A model generated the notes under the pieces. That model saw nothing but the letters and a program-made list of their open reading frames with translations, was not told the origin of the DNA and did no database searches. A program made the translations under genes and the position numbers. 50,784 nucleotides of DNA from NCBI GenBank assembly GCA_021432655.1, contig MU271287.1, forward strand, positions 55,631-106,414, given 5' to 3'. Source of the DNA: Atractiella rhizophila. Lineage: Eukaryota. This document shows positions 48,245-50,784 of the stretch, one piece after another (position 1 is the stretch's first letter; the number at the start of each line of letters is the position of its first letter).

Positions 48245-48739
48245 TGATACTTCTTGTGTGTATTTCATCAAGTATAGGTGTTCTGTAAATGCTTTACTGT
48301 TGTACCATCGCTATGTCCCATGAGAACCATTGTGCCGTACGAGCCTGTCACATTTCTCCAGTTGGTACAGTGGAGAGCTATTTATGAGGGAAAGGAAAGG
48401 TGTTGAGGGATTTTGAACGCTTTGGAAGATTGACGCTTCAATCCTGTCTGTGTTTTGATTTGCTATTGACCACATTCAGATCGCCAGTGATTACCATGAT
48501 TTCGCGATTTTTGGAGCAAGATGTTGAAGGTTAGCGAACCGTGGTGAACTTTGACTGTATGGTCTGACTTCTCCCAACCAACTTCTTCATCCTATGGGCT
48601 AACTTCTCCATGGCGTCGACGTCTCCCGCCGCGTAATCTTGCAACCGATGCGGTCCCACAATCTACCTCTCTCAGAGATCTCATATCTCATCAATTCTAC
48701 GCTGATGCTTCATTATCCCCCGTGAGCCAAACCAAGCTG

Positions 48740-50207
48740 ATGTCGAACAACTCCACATTATCCATCGTGATTGTTGGCGCCGGGCTGGGTGGTCTCTCAG
48801 CGGCCATTGCCTGTGCAATAGCAGGTCATTCGGTAACGATACTGGAAGCCGTCGCTGAGCTCGCTGAAGTGTGTAACCCCTTCTCCTTCCAGCTCGATAG
48901 ACAGCTCATACCGAGTCCGAGTGCTATAGATTGGCGCGGGTCTTCAGATCACACCAAATGCAGCAAAAATCTTGCGCACATATGGGCTAGGTTCTTCTCT
49001 GGAAGAGCTGGGTGCTGTTCCCACCTACATCGCCGTTCGTCGATATTCAGATGGCAAGATCCTGGCGTACGAGGATGGTTTCGATATCAATCTGAAGCGC
49101 AAATATGGCGAACCCTTCTTCGACATCCACCGCGCTGATCTCCAAATCATGCTCTACAACAAAGCAGTCTCCCTCGGCGTCAAAGCCATCTTCAACGCTC
49201 GCGTCGAGAAGGTGATCACGTCTCCCACTCCCCAAGTCGTGTCTTCCAAGGGAGATGTGTACACAGCCGACCTCGTCGTTGGTGCTGACGGTCTGTGGTC
49301 AAAATGCCGTGAATGTCTCCTTAACGCAGTCGACAAGCCACTCCCCACCGGCGATTTAGCGTACAGGATTGTCCTTACTCTGGAACAAGTGGATGATCCT
49401 GCCATCAAGGAATTGATCACCAAACCGTCCGTAAACTTCTGGATCGGCCCAGGCGCACATTCGGTTGGTTATTCTTTACGCGCAGGAAGGATGTATAACC
49501 TTGTCCTCCTCTGCCCGGACGATCTCGACGAGGGAGTCGCGAAGCAAGCTGGGACGGTGGAGCAGATGAAAAAGCTCTTCGAGAACTGGGATCCACAGTT
49601 GAGGAAGTTGTTGGATCACGTCAAAACGGCTGGAATAGACAAATGGAAGCTCATGCATCGAGAAGAGCTGGAAGCGTGGACCAACGAGGGGAAGAATTTC
49701 GTCTTGATGGGCGATGCATGCCATCCCATGCTTCCCTATCTAGCACAGGGAGCAAATTCTTCTATTGAGGATGGAGCGGTTCTGGGGAGGTTACTGAGTT
49801 ATGTGAAGAGAACGGACCAGCTGAGGACTGCGATTAGTCTGTACGAGAAGTTGAGGAAAGAAAGAGGAGAGCGGATCGCAAGGGAAACATTTAAACAGGT
49901 TCGTGCCATACAGTTCTCAAGCACACGCTACGCTAACCGACCGCTGCCTTCCACTCTGATAGAGACATCAATTCCATATGCCGGATGGGAAGGAGCAGCA
50001 AGAACGCGACGCAATTTTCGAGGGATGGCTTGGAAAGGAATTGACAGAGCCGTTTCCAAGCAGGTGGTAAGAGTCCCACTCAGCTACCTTCGGAAGATAG
50101 CACTAAGGATGAAATGTAGGACTTGCCCCGAGGTTCAGCCGTGGTTATATGGTTATGACGCGTTTAATGAGGCAGATGCCGTTGCAAAGGATTTGTGCTC
50201 CCCGTAA
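48740..50207 (+). CDS. FAD-dependent monooxygenase (salicylate hydroxylase-like), multi-exon
   Basis: IVIVGAGLGGLSAA (GxGxxG), E|IGAGLQITPN across an intron, DLVVGADGLWS, VLMGDACHPMLPYLAQGANSSIEDG and C-terminal WLYGYDA. Confidence 0.93.
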
Positions 50208-50374
50208 CTGCCAGCGAAACTGATTCATTCCACCCTACAATCACTCCGTCGAAGTAGCGCAACAACATTGATGAACAGTGGTATAAACGACAACATAGCT
50301 ACAGCACTGCTGCTTATTAGTTACAGAAACGGAACAAAAGTTGATTTCCCTGCGTCTCCAGACACAGATTTTGC

Positions 50375-50769
50375 CTACCACCTGGGATCGGCAACGTCTT
50401 CATCCCCTTTCTCGTTCCACAACACCTCAAAGTAGCTCCCTTCGTAACGGTAAACACCTTCAGCCACATTGCAAGGCTTGAATCCTTGTTCCGTGTTATG
50501 AACGTCATAATCCAGCGCAAGAAGCCTCGTCGCAAAAGTGTCGAAAGCCCACGGGAGGTCACCGAACAATGGGGTGATGGATAGAGAAAATCGCCGAGAC
50601 GCGTATTTCCTTCGATTCGCAAGAAACCTTGGGATCGTTTCGGGTTCTATGAAGGACCAATGGATGTCAAGTCCAACGAGAAGTGGGAAATTTGCAATCT
50701 CGTTCAGAAAATGCTCTGATATCACTCCCGATCGCTCGTGTCCACCATCGATAAGAATTTGGCCAAGGT
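50375..50769 (-). CDS. Last exon of a paralog of gene 910-2634 (LDGG family); 5' part lies outside the window
   Basis: QILIDGGHERSGVISEHFL...ITPLFGDLPW...YEGSYFEVLWNEKG...RW* aligns with VILLDGGDEGSNLISPQFL...ITPLIGDFPW...YRGRYFEIFWNEGG...RW*. The CAG acceptor at 50770-72 has the same position and phase as the paralog's intron. Confidence 0.8.
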
Positions 50770-50784
50770 CTGATGGGTTGTAAG

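Noticed and set aside
2733..50207. Secondary-metabolite or catabolic gene cluster (acyl-CoA synthetase, Zn2Cys6 TF, monooxygenase)
   Set aside because: There is no PKS/NRPS/terpene backbone gene, and these genes are widely separated by unrelated housekeeping genes.

Overview
This is eukaryotic, intron-dense fungal DNA (most introns ~45-70 nt, with micro-exons), most consistent with a basidiomycete; the Pucciniomycotina-like placement is inference. The ORF track fragments most genes, so I rebuilt models by eye from splice sites. Conserved genes: a partial ZNF511-like C2H2 protein, a Fat1-type acyl-CoA synthetase, the Ilv6 acetolactate synthase regulatory subunit, a Zn2Cys6 transcription factor, two G-patch protein copies, a GH27 alpha-galactosidase, an SH3+TBC Rab-GAP, an Sdt1-type pyrimidine nucleotidase, a YMR196W-like GH63 protein, a Gcn4/CPC-1-type bZIP and an FAD monooxygenase. 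Scattered among them are eight F-box/LRR-like genes or relics, five of which share an L/IDGG motif and show stages of decay. Notable features: (1) two adjacent tandem duplications (1419 bp and ~3143 bp) that both break inside the Zn2Cys6 gene and may be real or mis-assembled haplotypes; (2) a conserved four-hairpin non-coding block inside the larger duplication (candidate structured RNA); (3) a Gcn4-like bZIP with no upstream AUG but four Gcn4-type sites upstream, plus a matching site upstream of ILV6; (4) a 1.18-kb intron splitting an SH3 domain. I recognised no tRNA, rRNA, CRISPR array or transposon.
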